Assembly: GCA_965649055.1 (NCBI GenBank)
Contig: CBFGJG010000059.1
Location: forward strand, 1 to 10,684
Direction of reading: 5' to 3'
DNA: 10,684 nt
DNA from: a candidate division WOR-3 bacterium
GTDB lineage: Bacteria > Hydrothermota > UBA3072 > B12-G15
The notes beneath the pieces are model-generated. The model searched no databases and was not told the origin of the DNA. It worked only from the letters and a program-made list of their open reading frames with translations. How positions within the stretch are numbered: position 1 is the stretch's first letter; every line of letters starts with the position of its first letter. Positions 8,370 through 10,684 of the stretch are shown here, in pieces. The position numbers were made by a program, and so were the translations under genes.

Positions 8370-10039
8370 TTTTATTATTATTTTCACAAGAATACATTAT
8401 TGAAGGAATAACAATTAAAGGTGATATAAATAAATATTTTTCTTATGAATACATTGACTCAACGATGTTAAATTATTTTTCTGAGACAAACGAACTTTTT
8501 TTATCTTTAACAGAACTGAATCTTTTTTCCTATGGTTCACCTCTGCTTTTAAATCAGTTATCAATAAAATCAAATTCATCAAAGAATCTTATCTTTAATC
8601 TGAATGGTATCCCTGTTAATGATATAAAGACAGGAATATTTGATATTAGTCTCATTCCAATTGAAACAATATATAATGTTGAGATTTTTAAAAGTAGTTT
8701 CTCAATCTCTGAAGGTTCAATGGATGGTGTTATAAACTTAAATAAAAAAATAAAAAATAATATATCATTAACAGTTGGAAATCATAATGACTTAAGATTA
8801 ATCTTCTCAAAGGAGATTAAAGGAAAAGGGCTTTCAATTTATTTCAGGGATTTTGGTGGATACAGGAAAAATTCAGATGGAAGAATTTTTAATATTTCAT
8901 ACATTGACAGAAATATCTTCTTAGATTGGACATACAAGAAAACAGGTCTTCCCGGTCCAAAACCTTTTTCATTTATTCCGGAATTTGGTGATTCAGATGT
9001 TTACTCATTATATGATAATGAAAAGGATTATCTTTTTCTTTTATCTTATGATTTGAAAAGGGATAATATAAATATTTTACCATATATCTCCTATTCAAAA
9101 ATGATTCCATATTCAAGGTATCGTGATTATTTTACAGGGAACATTGTCGATGAAACAGATGATTACAGGGTATACACAGCTGGCTTAAAATTCTCTTTTG
9201 ATAAATTCTTTAATTTTAGTGTAAGATTTGATTCAATATATATGAAAGGGCTTGACACATTATGGGGAAAAGATAACTTTTCTATACTTTTATCACAAAG
9301 ATTTCAAAATAATATAAAAAATTTTATTATCAATATGGGTGCGAGTATAAACTATGATAAAATTACAGGATTTAATCACAACGAATTTATTGGTTTATCA
9401 CTGATAAAACCTATAAATCTATATATTTTATTAACAAAAGATTACAGGAAACCATCGTACAATGAATTATTCTGGCCAAATTATTCAAATCCTGAACTTA
9501 AATCGGAAAAATCAAACGAGATAATTATTGGATTAAAATTTAAAGAATATATTGATCTTTCATTCTTCAAAAAATGGATAAGAAATAAAATAAGCCTTAA
9601 TGAGAACTGGATACCTGATAATATTGATTCAGTATTCACGGAAGGTTTAAATCTAAGTTTATCTTTTAATCTTGAATTTCTTAAATTTAACACCATAATA
9701 AAATACACGGATGGGAAGGAGTTTCACAACACAAATCAATTTTTTCTCCAGCATATACCAAAAAATAGTTTCAAACTAAATCTTTTCATTTTTAAAGAAC
9801 CTGAAATATTCATTGGTTTTGTTTACAATGGAAATGTAAAAAAGATAAATTTTGATGATATACCTTCTTACTATATCATAAATACCGGTATTATTAAAAA
9901 TGTAAGGGATATAAAGATAAATTTTTCAGTGAATAATCTCTTGAACAAAAAATACTATACAAATTTTGGTTATTCTAATGGAGAATACTATCCCGGTGAA
10001 CCTTTCGGTTTGAAGGTAAGTGTTTCAAAAAAAATTTAA
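8366..10039 (+). CDS. Compact TonB-dependent outer-membrane receptor (BtuB-like)
   Basis: TonB-box-like EGITIKG, plug motifs LNGIPVND...FDISLIP.ETIYNVEIFK and GSMDGVINL, barrel motifs YRKPSYNELFW...NPELKSEKS and VNNLLNKKY...YPGEP. ATGA overlap with the S-component gene. Confidence 0.85.
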   Translation: MILLLFSQEYIIEGITIKGDINKYFSYEYIDSTMLNYFSETNELFLSLTELNLFSYGSPLLLNQLSIKSNSSKNLIFNLNGIPVNDIKTGIFDISLIPIETIYNVEIFKSSFSISEGSMDGVINLNKKIKNNISLTVGNHNDLRLIFSKEIKGKGLSIYFRDFGGYRKNSDGRIFNISYIDRNIFLDWTYKKTGLPGPKPFSFIPEFGDSDVYSLYDNEKDYLFLLSYDLKRDNINILPYISYSKMIPYSRYRDYFTGNIVDETDDYRVYTAGLKFSFDKFFNFSVRFDSIYMKGLDTLWGKDNFSILLSQRFQNNIKNFIINMGASINYDKITGFNHNEFIGLSLIKPINLYILLTKDYRKPSYNELFWPNYSNPELKSEKSNEIIIGLKFKEYIDLSFFKKWIRNKISLNENWIPDNIDSVFTEGLNLSLSFNLEFLKFNTIIKYTDGKEFHNTNQFFLQHIPKNSFKLNLFIFKEPEIFIGFVYNGNVKKINFDDIPSYYIINTGIIKNVRDIKINFSVNNLLNKKYYTNFGYSNGEYYPGEPFGLKVSVSKKI

Positions 10040-10536
10040 TCTTTTGATTTTATCTCTTCAAATATACCTGTTTTCTTATTCTTTCTCACATTATCATAGT
10101 TGAAGTATCTTCCATTCATTACAATATAGACTCCGTGAGGGAGAACCTGGACAAACGCAATAGAAGAACCAAGATTAAAAAGGCCATCTGAACTTCCAAA
10201 TGTGTATGGTATCATAGCACCTGTGAGAACGATTGTTTTATTCTTAACTTTTTCAGCAATAACCTTTGCTGTTTCAACCATTGTATCTGTCCCATGTGTT
10301 ATTATTATCCTGTCTTCCTCGCATTTCTGGCAATTCAATGCTATTATTTCCCTATCTTCGTCAGTCATATTAAGGCTATCTATCATCATTAAAGTTCTTA
10401 TTTCCACAGGGACTTTGCATCTTCCAAGTTCAAGCATCTGATGGATATGGGTCTCTTTAAAATAAAGTTCGCCTGTTAATTCATTATACTCTTTATCAAA
10501 TGTTCCACCTGTTATAAAAATCCTTATACTGTTCAT
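10036..10536 (-). CDS. ansA: Short-chain L-asparaginase (N-terminal catalytic domain only)
   Basis: Catalytic motifs ITGGTFDKEY, DSLNMT, ITHGTDTM, VLTGAMIP and SDGLFNL. 166 aa with no signal peptide and no C-terminal asparaginase domain. Confidence 0.92.
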   Translation of the reverse strand: MNSIRIFITGGTFDKEYNELTGELYFKETHIHQMLELGRCKVPVEIRTLMMIDSLNMTDEDREIIALNCQKCEEDRIIITHGTDTMVETAKVIAEKVKNKTIVLTGAMIPYTFGSSDGLFNLGSSIAFVQVLPHGVYIVMNGRYFNYDNVRKNKKTGIFEEIKSKD

Positions 10537-10541
10537 AGAAT

Positions 10542-10570
10542 TATTTAACAGATTAAATGAAAAAAGTCAA
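10542..10570 (-). promoter_or_regulatory. Putative sigma70-type promoter of the asparaginase gene, possibly leaderless
   Basis: Minus strand TTGACT (10570-10565), 17 bp spacer ending TG-T, TAAATA (10547-10542, lacks the consensus final T). Only 5 nt separate it from the ATG and there is no SD. Confidence 0.45.
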
Positions 10571-10594
10571 GAGCAAAGTCAAAAAATAATGGAA

Positions 10595-10615
10595 AAGATC
10601 ATGCACATGGTGGTA
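10595..10615 (+). repeat. Copy 2 of the 21-bp intergenic motif (AAGATCATGCACATGGTGGTA)
   Basis: 19/21 identical to the reverse complement of 79-99. Inverted relative to copy 1. Confidence 0.75.
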
Positions 10616-10684
10616 AGTTTTAATAGTGAAGATAGGGGTAATGAAATTGCAAAAAATAATTTTTTAAGTTAGGAAAAAGATGGT

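Noticed and set aside
7323..10441. Short antisense ORFs (7323, 7355, 7585, 7631 and 9481 on -; 10202 on +)
   Set aside because: They lie opposite confidently identified genes and show no motifs.
10671..10684. Terminal AGGAAAAAGATGGT as a gene start, or TGGT as the reverse complement of a tRNA 3' ACCA end
   Set aside because: Only about 5 informative nt lie inside the window. Either reading is possible and neither can be supported as a feature.

Overview
AT-rich bacterial chromosomal window read in the standard code (TAA, TAG and TGA all used as stops). A TonB-dependent receptor suggests a diderm organism. Two divergent, tightly packed operons start from the 6554-6710 spacer. Leftward (-): hutU, hutI, a 332-aa TPR protein, a stand-alone ExeA/GspA-type AAA+ ATPase and a 596-aa TPR protein whose C-terminus resembles the SgmX-type polarity/type IV pilus TPR proteins. 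The two TPR proteins share alignable blocks and look like paralogues bracketing the ATPase. Rightward (+): a membrane-anchored HEAT-repeat protein, a nitroreductase, an ECF S-component (CbrT-like) and a compact TonB-dependent receptor, probably for corrinoid/vitamin uptake. This operon converges on a short-chain, single-domain L-asparaginase. Non-coding signals include a 21-bp motif (19/21 identical) in inverted orientation near both window ends and an 18-bp element (17/18 identical) shared by the hutU and asparaginase upstream regions. No RNA genes, CRISPR arrays or mobile-element genes were seen. All family calls come from motif recognition, not database searches.
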